Source: Takakia lepidozioides | Lineage: Eukaryota; Plantae; Bryophyta | Assembly (NCBI GenBank): GCA_030704615.1 | Contig: CM060731.1 | Coordinates: 52,390,001-52,454,000 of the forward strand | DNA length: 64,000 nt | Direction of reading: 5' to 3' | In this document: piece by piece, positions 1-14,174 of the stretch | How the letters are laid out: every line of letters begins with the position of its first letter | Position numbering within the stretch: the first letter of the stretch is position 1 | Notes under the pieces: generated by a model | The model's database searches: none | The model's input: only the letters and a program-made list of their open reading frames with translations | Told to the model about the DNA's origin: nothing | Program-made: the position numbers and the translations under genes

Positions 1-293
1 TTTAAAAGTCCCTCCAATTCCCTAACTTATGTGAACCATCATGTAAGGCTTCCTGTCAAGAAGAAAAGATGATGACCTGCAGCAACAGATTGGAGTGTGA
101 CAATGAATGGTACAATAGAGGAGGATAAGAGGCGCTCATTCTACTCGGTTAGAGCCCATGGATCACACCTATACAAGGAATGGTAGTTTGTTGGGCACTA
201 AACTGAGTGGGGTGCACTCAAAAATAGACACCACCCCAGCTCATTGTACGTTTGTAGTCACTTGAGTGCCATATTTGGACAATCGTCATCCTA

Positions 294-370
294 GGAGAGA
301 TATGACTCAGACCAACCAACCTAACTAAGAGCCACTTCACTTTGCGGCTACACCCTGGGGGGGTGCGCTC
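294..370 (-). repeat. Diverged copy of ~90 bp structured short interspersed element
   Basis: The core ctaactaagagccacttcactttgcggcta is the near reverse complement of 1724-1752. The flanks aatcgtcatcctag and aatatcatccag resemble a decayed TSD. Confidence 0.65.
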
Positions 371-791
371 AAGGTAAACTAAATATCATCCAGTTGATCA
401 ACCTAGGTGTACATGATCTCTATCTTCATATTTCAACAATTTTGTGGAAAAAAGAAGAAGGTGTCATATACATTGACAGACAATACAATGAACATTGCTC
501 AAATCGTAAACCAAAAAATAAAGAAATTACTCTCCATATACATTTCTTGAGCATTCAAACTAAATTATACGCTAATAAAATAGTGCGAAGGGGCCGGGGC
601 CATTGGGCTCTGCATTTACTGGTGAGAGAGTACTTAGCCGTTTCTAAGTCCCTCTCAAGGTGGCTTGCATGTGTCTGTGTTTTTATGATGGGACAATCTT
701 CTCCCTGGTGTTTTTCGGCGCCTTAGTGACTTCAGCTTTGCTGTATCATTTCCATTCTCATAGTTGCCCCTGCACAAGCTCTTGTTCTGAC

Positions 792-1414
792 CAGTGTTGG
801 ACCGGTAAATAGGTCTAGGGCGGGTATCAACTAGGGTAAGGGTAATGGTATGAAGGATCACACCAGGCGGGTACGTGCAAGGGCAAGACCCGACAATACC
901 CTGGTGGGGCAGGATACATGGACTTCTAAAATCCTAGCGCAAACCAGACCAGTCTGGTCTTCTTCCTCGCGCTAACACTACATGCATGCGGCGGCTGAGA
1001 GAGAGGATGCAGGGGTAGGGTTTAGGGTAGTTTTCATTATGGATACTAATTTGTTAGGGATGCTAAATGTGTTTGAAGAGGAGTAGATGAAATGCAATGT
1101 GTTCTTTGAAGCACTAATTTCACTTTTTGGACTATCATAGCTACTAGTTAGAACAAACTGACAGAATGTAATTTTGATGTACCTGAAGCGCTGATACCAA
1201 ACCTTGGCACATACGAGGCTGGTATGACTTTTAAAATTTTGTTTTATACCATACCAGTCAGATTTTCAGTTTGATACCATACCATATACCTTACCAGGCT
1301 GTCAAATTTACACATCATTTGATACCAGTACCATATTGGCTTGAAATTCAACTGATCTACCCCAATACCATTACCCTAGTGGTATCAAAAAACCATGATA
1401 CCAGTCCAACACTG
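792..1414. mobile_element. Non-autonomous hAT-type DNA transposon (MITE), 623 bp
   Basis: TIRs CAGTGTTGGACCGGTA / TACCAGTCCAACACTG (1 mismatch). Perfect 8-bp TSD GTTCTGAC at 784-791 and 1415-1422. Subterminal ATACC/GGTAT repeats. Confidence 0.9.
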
Positions 1415-1695
1415 GTTCTGACGAGTCGGCTCTGTAGTAATGTATATTGTTGCAAGGTAAGTTGGACCAAAATTAGCGTCACCAACAAAGTTTTCGGTGA
1501 CTGTCGTGCATAATATCATGAATTGCTTTGAATATAATCAATAATGTTGAGAAACATTTTCCATGTTGATTCCTAACTTCAATATTTACCTATATCAATC
1601 ATCAAATTGTCAATAAAATAAAATATCCAAGAGGTATGGACTTTTGAATACGACAACTGTGGACTGTCACCGCTGCAAATGAAAATACATGGACT

Positions 1696-1786
1696 TAATA
1701 GGGCCCACCCCCGAAAGGGGCAGTAGCCGCAAGGCGAAGTGGCTCTTAGTTACGCCGACTACAAGCCGGAGTCATCTCTCCCTCCC
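1696..1786 (+). mobile_element. 91 bp structured short interspersed element with 10-bp TSD
   Basis: Flanked by TACATGGACT at 1686-1695 and 1787-1796. Contains hairpins CCCC-GAAA-GGGG and GCC-GCAA-GGC and a CT-rich 3' end. Homologous copies at 294-370 and 63641-63734. Confidence 0.75.
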
Positions 1787-2339
1787 TACATGGACTCAAA
1801 ATAAGCCCTTGTGCATTTGGTGTATTGTTTTGCTCTTTTGAGGTAAGAGGATCAATTTAGAGAACACTCTAGATTTCAATTTAAAATGACAATATCAGCT
1901 GTCATTTACTACTTATGGACTAATATGAGTGTTATATATAGGTGGATTTGTTCTAGTTTAGTACATCTTGTATTTTGGGCTTTTGAGGTGTTATATTTTA
2001 TTACAAATGATACAAAAATATAATCTTCAATGGCTTGGTTGTATATAGACAAATCGATGTAAAATCTAATTTAAAATATATTAAATATTATTCAAATTAA
2101 AAATTATAGTAAAAATAATCTTTGATATTTGGGATAAGACCCTTTATTAAAAATGTTAAATATATCATTGTCTATCATCATTTAAAATTATTTGAGAAAA
2201 TATCGTCAATTTAAATTTGGTCATACTTCTATAGAAGGGAACAGCCGTTTTTGGTCCACTTTACCCTACAACTACCCTGCGGCGATATTTACTTCTCATC
2301 TTCGCCTCTTCTGATGAGTCGTGGGTGTGGGTTATGTTT

Positions 2340-4830
2340 TCTCGACTTTGTAAGATCTATGTGCTTCTAGCGACTATGCGGTTGCCGCTCTTTTTCTTCT
2401 TTCATGCTTGTCTTCATCTTTTTTTCTCAGTTTCTCCTTTGCAGCTTCCTTGCTTCCTCAAAGATGGCATCCTTTGTCTCGGCTATTCCGCTTCATAGAA
2501 GAGACCACTCCTACAGAAGAGAGCACAAGAACCGGTCTGAGGGTTCGAACAGGAGATATAATTACCCAGGCCCGGGGGTTTTAGGCAATGGTCCATTGGA
2601 CCGCAATGACCCTTTCGGTCCGCTTGCCTTCCCCTGGAAGAGACGCTCAAAGCTGGAGTGAGGCAGCATGTCATATTCGCCTGTGCTTACCTGGATATGG
2701 ACATGATTAAAGAGTACTCAAACACTCTCAAAGAGCAGGGTATCCTTGTTCACTTCCCTGGACGAGCCAGGGACAGATATTGGGCAAGATGTGGGCCTTA
2801 GAGCACTTGGGGGCTGATGGAGGCCTCACTCTACATTTTTGCATCCCTCTCGGAAGAGGATTCTACTCCATCATGTTTAATTCTGTTGATCATGCAAGCA
2901 AGGTTGTAAAGTTCAACTCCTCCCTCTCGAAGTTCAAAGTGACAATCTTTCCATGGTCGTCAGAAGGGGGCCACATGGGAGGGGTTATTTATAAACCACA
3001 AGTGATCACGCTGTCTTTTTTGCCTGGAAACTATTTATGATCTCTTCCTGAGATTGGAGCTCATTTCGGTTCTTTTGTGGGGTCCATCATGGCAAACGAT
3101 CATGAAATAACGGATCCTAGGAGTGTGGACACTGATAATGCGGCCTTCGAGATACACAGAGACAGTGGAATTCCACGCAATTAAGCTCCCTAATTTGGAC
3201 AACTCTTTTGTTTTAGTGGTGATTCAAGATGAGTTCCTCTCTGTGGTTTGTCATTTCTGTCACAAGGAGGGACATGTTAAGGCTGACTGTCTTGACATGC
3301 AAGTTAGGAATCATGATGTAGCTCCCTCTCGCAGGCTTTCTAACGTTGATGTTGTCCCACGGACTGTGCATGAGTTCTCAAGACCTTTGGTAAGGAAGCG
3401 AGCATACTCCAATTCGAGAGACTAGCCATCGGCCAAAAGGTTTTAAGGACTCCCCTTCGTCGATAAGTCCGAGGGTTTTTCTACTTACGGTCTATGATGT
3501 TTCAGCGGGTTGCTCCAGCTCAAGTCCTTCACATCCCGATATCGCTACAGCTAATTGTTCATTGACGGATCTTTTTTTCCTGGGGCCCCCTGCTCAGTCA
3601 GCATGCTTGCTTTGTCAGGTCAGACCTTGGTTTCTATTCTCGATGATTTCAGGGAATTGGACGTATGTCACAGACACTTCAGTGATACCTGCTCAGCCTG
3701 GCGGTGACCATCTCCTCTCAGGAGCCAAACGGAATGACATCAGTTTCTTCTGGATTACTCCTTTGGTTATCTTCAAATGGACTTTCAAGCCATCATTTTG
3801 TGGTTATTCCATGGGCTTCACTCGGAAACCCCCATGTGAAGCCCTGGCAAGTGTAAACTAGTCTCTTAAGGGAGAAAAGATGACAAGATATTTCTTCCTT
3901 AAGGCCAAGCAAAGGAGAGCTGCTACCACGATTAGTGCCTTCTCTAACGGTAAGGGTGCTAGCATCACCTCTTCTAAGGAGATGGCTACTTTCGCTGCCT
4001 CGTACTTCGCCAACCTATTCAGTAAGAATACCCCTGGCTCTCTGCAAGCCTCGACCAAGCAAACGGTGATTGACATTTTCCCTTCTCTCATTTCCAACGA
4101 CGACTTGCTTGGCCTCTCTGCTCCCTTCACAGTCATAGAACTGGGAGATGCCCTGAATAAACTTAGTTCTTTCAAGTCTCCAGGCTTGGATGGGCTTCTT
4201 GTGGAATTTTTTAAAACCATCTGGATGGAGTTAAATGAGGAGTTTTTGCCAATGACAATGGATATTCTGGACAAAGCTGGCATTATGCCTTCACAGCTAA
4301 GCCAGGGCTCATCACTCTCATTTTAAAAAAAGGCAATAGAGATGAGATTCCTAACTACAGACCAATTACTCTCTTGAACTCAATCTACAAGATAATCGCC
4401 AAGGCATTGGCTGTTAGACTTCAAAACCTGCTGTACAAGCTGATTCGCCCTGAGCAGACTGGTTTTCTTATAAAAAGGGGGATGATCCTTGACAACGTCC
4501 TCCTAGTCAAAAAAGCCCTGCACCATACTCATGAGTCCAACCAACCTCTTGCTCTTCTTATGCTTGATTTCGAGAAAGCTTTGACAACATTGGGTGGGAG
4601 TACATGTTCCTGGCCAATGAGAAATGTGGCATATCGGGTAATTTCCTAGCATGGATCAGAATTCTGCTCTTGTCTGCCTCTAGGAAAGTTACGATCAACG
4701 GCACCCTTTCTAAACCTTTTCGTCTTTTTCGCTCTGTGAGACAGGGATCCCCTCTCTCTTGACCTTTCTTTTCCTATTTGCCGCTGATGGATTAGGCCAT
4801 CTGCACATCTCGGTTTGAGGGGCTTCACTT
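2340..4830 (+). mobile_element. Decayed L1-like LINE (ORF1 with CCHC knuckle; partial ORF2 reverse transcriptase)
   Basis: ORF1 fragments LGRGFYSIMF...IFPWS and CHFCHKEGHVKADC. RT-region motifs KSPGLDGLLVEFFKTIW, YRPITLLNSIYKIIAKALAVRL, EQTGF, LDFEKA and RQGSPLS. Many stops and frameshifts. Boundaries approximate. Confidence 0.9.
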
Positions 4831-5449
4831 AATGAGCGCCTTCGTCCCTCTTGAGTGCCTAAGTCACTCAAGGGTCGTTCAGCCCCCACTCCCACTACTA
4901 CCACTGCCTCGGCCAATGTCCTTCTTGAATGCCAGCTAAGCCCCTTAAGGCGCATGCTAGATCATGAGCCCAACAACGGTGAGCCTACCATATCCGAAAC
5001 CTATGGACCTATTACTGCGGAATGAACACCTATTACCGTGGGAACTAGCATTGAATGGTGTGGAGAACAACACGAGTACATATGTGAAAGTTCATCATCA
5101 TTTCAGCTGTGTGTACATCTAGAACTATATAAGGTTCCAATTCGTTCATCTACTGAGCTGAACTCCACACCTTGCCTATGGTGCTAGTCTTGAATCTAAC
5201 TTGAGTTAGTCTCAAATGTTTTCAAATAATTTGCAAGAACTTGACGACACTGTGTATAAATGGATTAGATGAGGACAAAAACCCTGACATTTGAAAAGGA
5301 TAAGTTACGAAAAAAAAATCCAATGCCAATATCTACCAATGTCTCCTGCAACATGACAGAGTTCAATAGAACGACAAGCAGTACAAAGCATATTAGAGAT
5401 TTAGGGTCGCTAGACAATGTATACGTTGACGAACACATGCAAGCATCAG

Positions 5450-6530
5450 ACGAGGGGAAGAGAGAGGAGTGAAAGGAGGAGGAACTTCATGAGCAGTAAG
5501 CTGAAGGGTAGCAGGAGGGTCAACAGGAGAGGGAGGAGCAGCAGGAGGAATGGGGGCAGAGGAGTCTGACAGAGAACTTAGCCACTTCTCATTTGCGTTT
5601 GATGATTGGACAATGCTTTGAAGTGGCTGCTGCCATTGCGACCATGGAAAACAATGCCAAAAGACTCTTCAACAACAGCAATTGTCACCCACTCGGCTCA
5701 AATTAGAGAGACATTCCCATCTGGTCACTTCAGCCACCATAGACGTGCTAGCCTGAGAATCACGCTGAGGCACGAAGGTAGTCCCCAAACTTGGTTCCTA
5801 CTCGTATAAAGAAGCAAGATATTGACAAGGGAGATATGGTAGAGAGAGTATCCTGGGCTCGCAAGTGACCCCATCTTTATGGCCCCAGCCTGCGACCAAG
5901 GAAAGATGTGAACTTTGTGCCTGGAGTGATGGGTGTTGAAGGACAACGCCTTATCAGCTGCATTTGGAGAGTCAAGCATGACAACAAAGAAGCCCCGACC
6001 CAAAGAGAGACAGAAGAACTGAGAGGGTTGGACTTTAGCCCCAAGGTGTTCAATAACCCATTCGTGGAACCCAGCTCCTGTCCTTAAGTTTGCCCCGAAA
6101 ATGGAGGAGAAACCTCAGGGCCTACTGACTCAGACAGATAAGGATGATCAGGAGGAGAAGCAATCCAATAAGGGGGGCCACGGCCGAGAAGGGAGGGGAG
6201 AGAAGCAGAAGGCAAAGAAGAAGGGTAGGAGGATGAGTGTTCATCCAAGGAAAGCTGGCTTCCCAGCTTCCCCAGCCACGGTCTCTGAAGTTGCCCCTGA
6301 ATGAGCCTCTCTTTCCCCATCTACCTGCACCATCACCTTCTAGCAGCCATGAAAGCAGTACCACCACAGAAGAAAGGAGGCACTGTAAAGCAAGAACTAC
6401 AGAGCTAAGACTTCAAGACGAACACAACACAAGCACAATAAACACTCACAGAAAGAACACCGACAGGAAGGGAGATTAGCAAAGGGTGAGAGGAGAGAAG
6501 TGAAGCAAAGCCAGCGACTATCCACTTGTT
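5450..6530 (-). mobile_element. 5' fragment of a related LINE (ORF1 only)
   Basis: Peptide LGRGFFVVMLDSPNAADKAL...HIFPWSQAGAIKMG (5725-6003) aligns with the ORF1 segment at 2780-3040. Pyrimidine-rich 5' leader on the minus strand. Confidence 0.7.
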
Positions 6531-6778
6531 CACTGACAACCGTCACGTCCTTTGATCACTAATAACTTAAAATATTGCTTTTGACTTGGTTAGATCATTT
6601 TAGCACTGCAACACAATTATTTGCTGAATGTGCAGATACATGTGTGAGTTCTTCGATTTAAACCTACAGCTCTCTTAAAGGTAGCTGTCACTGCAAATGG
6701 GAATACCAGCAGAAGGTAAGTGATCCAAAATCTTGATGGAAAATAATGTTTCTATTTAACAGAGACTGGACCAGAAAT

Positions 6779-9700
6779 TTATTTAGGAAGACTAATATAA
6801 AACTTGGTGTTGCTATAATCTTCCAGCAGAGGGTTGAAACCATCCTGTGTTTTGGTCTTTTTAGTGTCAGCACACTGCTCCATAAACTCAGCTGAGGAGA
6901 CCTGACACAGCCCACCCTGCATCTTCATTAGCCCCTGCTTTACCGGTGTTTAGCAACAACCACTTCCAACCTAATCCATCAAACCCTAGTCGTAAGAATG
7001 AAAAAAGAGTTCAGCCTGAAATAATTTCGGGTCTGCTTTCCTAAGAGATTGCAGTTACTGAGTACAACCCAGGATCACCCAGTGAGCTTGGTTATATGCT
7101 ATGTAATTTTCTTTATAGGAGAAAAAGCTCGAGGCTGAGCCAAAAGCCCAGGCCCTCCTGAGGCCTAGTTTTTGGGCAAATCACACACAGCAGATTGATG
7201 CTTGTGTGAAGGGATTTCTAGAGGATATCTGGAAAACCCGGATTAATTCTTTATATGGAGGTAAGTCTTACTACCAACGTCAGCCCCTGACAGAGGTAGG
7301 TTCTGTCCCTTTTGTTCCCGCTCAAACTGGGCGCGGGGTCAATGGCCACAAGGCTACGGCAAACAACGTCTTATGAGTACAATTTATAGGAGAAAATGAA
7401 CTTTCATCAGGAAATGAAGTGAAATGGTACTTTATAAAGTCCGCAGAAAGCTCAAAGAGCTTATGGGACAAAGGAAAACAAGAAACAAGAAAGAGAAAGA
7501 AAAACAAAAAGTAAAGAAGTAACCCTACAGGCCTACCACTGATGACATGCGATTGCTTGTGTGTTTCCTTCCTGGGGATCCACAGTGGCTGGCAGCATAC
7601 TGATCCAAGTGTTGCAGCAGCTGGAAATCGGTCGGGAAGAAAATGTCCACATCTCCCTGCAGACCAACCCATAGTGACCACTTGTGGTCGATTCAGGTTT
7701 GACAACTTGAGCAATCTACAGGCCTTGCCAACATGAAAAGGAATGAGGCAGAAACTTTCTGATGAATGACGTATCATGGGCGTGATTTTCCCTTAAAAAA
7801 TTGAGCGGGATATGCATGCATGCTGTGGGGTCATTACACATGCATAGGTTGGCTGACCAAAATTGTTCGAAGCCCAGGGTAATCTCACACAACCCACTGT
7901 GGACTACCCCACCACCTGACATGTGACTAGCAAAACCACAATTTGCTGGATGCAAGCAGTCTCTATCACAAGTGGTGCCCGACAACAAATAACAGGAGAG
8001 ATGCTCAAGTGTACCTTCGCTTCAAGGTAAGTAGAGTGGTCCCTTGTCTGTCCCTCTTCCTGCAAACATAGATGATCACAGAGCACTCACTTGGGCATGA
8101 GCTAGTAATGTAATAGTGTAACAGGCCTTTTGAAGAATGTATCTACTTGAGTGACATCTTGTTGGGAATGGTCCTTTCATGAATTGGCTCACACCTACTT
8201 TGGACTGAAGACCACTCAGCAATCCATACTCAAATCGCAACCATCGTTAAGCTTGGTCAACGTCCATGCAGGAGACATCACTTTGGGCTTCCACCACTTG
8301 CAAGCTGCACGTGTTTCTGTCTTGTGACTGACCTACTCGTGAGTGTAATAACTTGTCATTTGACATATGGCTCCTGAAGACCTGGGATGTAAACTCTTCT
8401 GACATCCACATATCTAACTGCCTGACTTGTGAGCAACAATGTCATTTCCTGAGCTTACTCTTGCTGGTTGCGAACAAACAAGACTGGGGGAGTTTATTAC
8501 CTTGCTAGCCACAAGGGGAGCCCGGGCTCCAGTAACTTTGACTCCGGGAAGGCAACTGAAGTCAGCTGCAATGAGGACCATATTGGGACGTGTCCTGTGT
8601 AAATTCTCTAGCAATTGCTGCATTTTTCACCACCCCACAAAAAGGTCCTTGCTTAAAACATAAGATGATGATTGGAAGGTACCCAAAGACAAGGTATAAG
8701 AGAGATTCATCTTGACATGTTAACTACACTTAGAAAAATAGAGTCTTTATATTCTGGACTTAATATTTTCTATGTCTCAAACCCCTGCTCACAAATCAAG
8801 ATACATACAACACACTCCATTTTTTAGCTTTCAAAAGCAGTCACTCAAGTGCAACCATAGTTGGTACCAGGCAACCCGTAGGTATCCAAGAAAGCTCTGA
8901 AAGGGAGATGAATCTAGAGAGAGTGGTCCGTGCTGCTGAGACCAGCCTTGCCAAAGAGCTGCTGCCATCTGAACTTTGTGCAATCACATCCAAGCAACGC
9001 TCGATCAGAGGGTCTTTGAGAATCCGCCGTTCTTCTGTAGTACGCAAATTAATCCTGGAACACCCACATTTGCCTCATGGACCACTCAATTGAGAAGCTG
9101 TCTGTATGGTTGCACATGAAAGAATTATTCAACCTCAAGGAAAAGTTTATTCTCTAATCCCCAACTGGCTTCAACCTACCGTAGGTACTACTCCAGCCAG
9201 TCTGCAACTACATAAGGCATCTCAATGATAGCTGTGGCTTCCCTGCTGTACGTTGCAGATGCAAGCTCTTTTTGGCGGCAATACATGCTGGAGGTCCTTC
9301 GAAAATTGCCAACAGCAATTGCTTGTACTGTTGCTGTGAAATGAAATGCTGAATGAAGGTCGTCAGGTCTTTCAGCCCACCCAACTTGGGGCTTTTCTTT
9401 GGGTGGGCTGGACGTGTCTCTATCTGTGGAGTCCCAAGTTGCAAAGGAGTCTCTGCATCAAGCAGATATATGTGCAAGTGACCATGCTTACCAACGGAGA
9501 AAGAGTCCACCACCATATGAATATCTAGAAACACACCATTGCTGTTCAATTAGAGCGGAGCGGTTCCTGAAGGACCGTACCCAGAATAGCTGTGAGAGAC
9601 CCAAGTTTCCATCCATGCTGATGTAGGCGTCTCTCTGTAAACTAGGTCATGTGGTAAATTGTCCAGCACCTGAAATGATAACAGGTGATATGAAGAAATT

Positions 9701-12700
9701 GTTAGAAAACTAGACCTGTCTCACCCTAGAGATATTGACATGAAGCTTCTATTCACAAGTAGCAGTACAAAAGCTTGACAGCTGAATAATACAGGAATTA
9801 GCTGGTACTAACAAGATGAGAGCCTTGAAGCTCGCTCGCTCCCTACTACAAAGGAAAGCTAATAGAGTTGATTGTAGATGCTGGACTTCTCCTCCTCCTC
9901 CTCTCTGCAATCTAATAGGATAGCACATCAAACTACATGCTAGAAGAAGTGCGGGGCATTGCCTCAGCCTCTCCCTATATCCTACTCAGGTTCTCTGGAA
10001 CCTTCTCGTAGGAACCATCCCTAGCCGTCAAAAAACCCTAACAGTCCCCATGGTTAACTAAGTCTGAGCTGACTTTCAACAGAAATAAACAGCCCACTCA
10101 AGGTGTATACCACAGCATTAAAGCTTGCAGGGACGGGATTCAATACATACACTGTTAGCCTGTGCTTAACAATTAGGCTGGAACAAAATTGGGGACTCCT
10201 TCCAACTCATATATCATTGGGTTACATGATACCACTCCTATGGCTGACCCTGACACAGCAACTATGCAAATAATCCTTGCCAAGAATGCAACCTCAAGTT
10301 CATAGATTCTGTCTTGGGATTTCAACTCCTCACCAGCCTATATACAGAGTCAAAGTGTTGAAATTTCAATCCATCCAACTATCCCCTTCCTTCTGGAACG
10401 AGCAATGCTGGATCCCATCAAGACGGGTAATTCAGTGCCATAGGAACAGGTGCATTTCCAGGACTGTAACATTGTAAGCCACTTCCAAACAGTACATGAG
10501 GTCCAACTTTAAGTGTGACAGTCAAGTAACCATAGAGGAGAAAGAACAGACCTCAAGCATGATTACAAAGCACGTCTGCCCATCAACAGCCCCTGCTCCC
10601 ACAAAATACAGTTTGGATGAGCAAGGTAATCCTCAGAAAAGTTAGCTTTTCAACTGTCGCATTGGCATACTTTCATCCCTTTAAGGCAGTCATGTCCTTG
10701 GTGCTTTGGCTACTAGACCTTGCATGATAGCCTACTTACATGCACTAAAGAAATGGCCAAGATGCATGACCTGTAATTGCACCTACTGTGGTTTCAGCTA
10801 ACATTAGTCGATTATTGGCTACACAGGTCATTGATGACTGCCTCAGCATGGACTTGATTTCATTTGGATCACAGTCGAGCGTGGTGTCTCACAGTATATT
10901 TAAGCTAGACATTTTTGTACTAACTACAGTTACTGCCCTAAACTGCAGTTGGCAGGCATTCCCCTTCTCATGTAAAGGGTGTATCAGGCAGTATTCAAGA
11001 CAAGGTTGCCCATTACAGCTTGGCTCATCTTGTATTTGAAGTCACCTTGAAGTGTGAAACCACCTCTCCCTTTCTGGATTCCTGACTGATCTAGTTGGAC
11101 TGACTTGTAGGAAAAATGTGTACCCCATGGACTTGGGTCACTGCCACTCCCACAATTGACATGAAAGCGACGGCAATGGCTCTTCACACGGCCCACTCTG
11201 TGCTGCTGTTTCAGTGCCAGCGCAGCACTAATTTCGACTGACCTGCCACAGACCAGTTAGAAATTTCAGCTCACCTGACAAAAGTTCAGTGCACAAGCAC
11301 TTTTGCTCTGGGGAAACACTCGTGACATCTTGGAACTCACAATTACTTACCCACGTTACATCTAGGCACCTGCACAGATTAGTGACATGATGAGTCACAA
11401 ATCATCAAACAGAGACTTTTGGATTAGCTAGTCTACCTCATGGCAGAGCCCCCTAAAGGAGCCTCTGTCATAGACACAGGAAAACATTGATGCATCACAG
11501 ACCCTCGATTGTATCATGAGGTTCCAGAAGTAAAACGCCAGCACCACTCACGTGTAGCTCATGCTTTTGTAGACTGGAGGTGCCTTTGCCCTGATGTAAT
11601 CAAGAATGCCGCTAGCGCATGTGCCTGTCCCTCCCCCTATTTCATAGATCTGTTTACAAATCTTATCAGCACATATTTTTTTTTTCAAATTAAGGTCAGC
11701 TGTGGACAATAGCAAGCTTCCAAGAGACAAGATGATAGGATGATAGATATTATAGCCCTTCACGCACCTTGAGGGGTATTGTTGGATCCAATGTGCGTAG
11801 TATATACTCAGCAATGGCGTACCCATACCAGGGCTGCATAAAACAACCACATAAATATAAAACACTTGCCACATAGGCCTCACATCCAAATGAAAACACA
11901 AACAAAAATAAACTCAGCCAGTTATATATCCTTTTACTTTAAAAAAGCAGCAAAGGACAAAAAGAGTGCACCTGAAACACCTCCACAGGGGTAAACCAAG
12001 CTACCCCATTTTGCTTGTACAAGTTGTCCAGGCATTGCAGATATGCCTTTCGCCCTATCCAACATGCAGTTGCAACTATACTCTCCGTCAAATGGGCTTC
12101 TTGGTATGCACAGATCAGACCTACCTCTCCCTTGTCCCTCCCCCAACCCTCACCTCTCTCTATATATTCGATAAAAGCTATCGCCTCCTGAGCCACATTC
12201 TGGATTTTATTGTTGCATCAACTTGATGCTATGAAGAGCAGTTCATACGCCATCATTTATCTGATTTTAGGATTTTTCTTATTCCGCAAAAACGTCTGTA
12301 CCAAACATCAGACGGTAAGAATGGACAGGAATCACAACTACACTCTAGCAGTAGGTCCACCATTACCTTGAAGGAGGTTGAAGCAAATGGGTTCCATCAA
12401 GGCGCCGACTGCCTCAGCTCTTGCAGCAAAATAGCCTGAGTCAGGGTCGTACAAAGCAGAATGAATGTAGTCCCGTACCTGTAAAGCAGCCTTTCAGTTC
12501 CAGTCCGCTCCATAATGCCAGGAGCAATTTAGCGCATGGATACAACTAAATGGCCTGGCCTCAGGGCCTTGATGTGGTTGACCCCCACAGATGGTTCCTT
12601 AGTAGAGCAGTCTTATTTCCCTCCTGCTGTTCGCCCAGGATATCTACTGCTATATAAGCTGTTGCAGGATGGATGTAAAAGATAATGTTTGAGCTGTAAG

Positions 12701-14010
12701 CAAAAGAAACAACAGGCTTATATAGCCAGTTAGCCATAATTCAAGAAGTATGAAAGATGGACCATCAAAACTTAAACAAGTACAGATACAGATTTTGTGG
12801 TTGGTTCTTCTTTCATCCCACAATGATATTGGTATAACACTAAATATGCAACCAGTACAGACTAGGGAAAGACAAATGACACTGTTATGGTCTGATGAAA
12901 TTGTAAAGAGCCGATTTCCATTTTACAAATGCACTCTGTAAGTGCTTCAGATCTATGGACCCATCTTGAGAATTCTGCAGTGATGCGTACTTGCCCCAGT
13001 GGCACTAAACGACTAAGAACTAGGGAAATTTGTTCCAAACAAATTTCAGTTGCAATGCTGAAGTCCAGCTTGGTACAAGAACCTAAAAATTGGTCTGGCT
13101 ACAGCTCATGTCTACTATAATCATTGCCACAGTTCCAAAATGGTCATTATTCCACATATGTCGGATGCTTGGTCTTCCTCGAAGCTGTTTCCTTGCAGGT
13201 TTGTTTAACAGGTCGTCGTAGATCCTTGGGCATTATTACACTGGTTAGCATACTCGTGTGAGATAGCATATTGACTTGACATTTCCTCAACGTAGCCGTA
13301 CTGTTCTTTGTTAGGGTTTAAGAACCAGCTTCAATGAGGAGGGGGGATAAAGCCAAGGCCTTACATTCTTAGTATCAATGCAACTGCCAAAACATGACAA
13401 CGAAAACATTCTTATGAGTTATATGATGCAAATGAAGCTCAAACGGTGCTACTATTGTACAACTTCCCCCAATCGGACATTCATGGGTCAGAAGCCACTC
13501 CTACGGGCACTTACGAGAACGGGCTTCATTTCCTTCAAGTCTGCTGCCATGGTCTGAGTGGATAGGTTGGCCAATGGGCAGCATACGCCATATCCAGTTT
13601 CCTGTGATCCAGTACGACGCTTTCTCAGGTCTGCAGAACCAAGGAAATCACCTCTATTATTATGAACACCACACCAAATTGAACAGCACAAAGCGACGTC
13701 CATTTACAAAAAAGAAAGAAAAAAAGCAGTGCTACCACCCCCTCAGCACTTGTACTTAACATGTCACTTCTGATAAAAATTGAAGAGTAGGCAATGGAAC
13801 TGTAAACCATGATTCATGTACACTGACAACTGTGCACGGGATGGACACATTGGTGCATTCTGCAGTTTCTGTTGGCAACTGCTCACGTACAAGCATTCTA
13901 GGTACAGCTTTCCTGTAGCTACTCACGCATCCACACACGAACGCAGGCCCAAGGGTAAACTGCATATGTAACTTACGAGAACTGAGAAGCCGCAAGACAG
14001 GTCGCTGCAT
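6779..14010 (-). CDS. NDUFAF7: NDUFAF7/MidA-like (DUF185) SAM-dependent protein arginine methyltransferase, probably mitochondrial; 14 coding exons, ~456 aa
   Basis: Manually spliced GT-AG exons with consistent phases: 13927-14010, 13515-13601, 12367-12478, 11972-12054, 11768-11833, 11552-11649, 11124-11242, 10552-10592, 9581-9669, 8868-9054, 8501-8617, 8015-8059, 7537-7656, 6779-6901 (1371 nt). Motifs VRDYIHSALYDP..GYF, WFTPVEVF, IYEIGGGTGT (SAM binding), SVEIS, EVLDNLPHD, WIPTGC, DIFFPTDF and FNPLLEDY. Basic transit-peptide-like N-terminus. Confidence 0.92.
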
Positions 14011-14174
14011 GGTCGATCCAAGTGATTTCCCAGAATGTTGATAAATTAGGCAGATGGCAGGCTAGACCAATGTACAGTCATTGATCCTTTCACCTCCACT
14101 GCGTATGACACATCTGCCACAGAGATCCATCCCGGCTTGCACGACTGATGCTTAACCCCTGAAGGCCTTAGCGA

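Noticed and set aside
1696-1786. Hammerhead ribozyme / retrozyme or tRNA-derived SINE
   Set aside because: No CUGANGA…GAAA core on either strand, and no cloverleaf or A/B boxes.
9180-9202. Possible micro-exon in the NDUFAF7-like gene
   Set aside because: The flanking exons 9581-9669 and 8868-9054 already join in phase without it.
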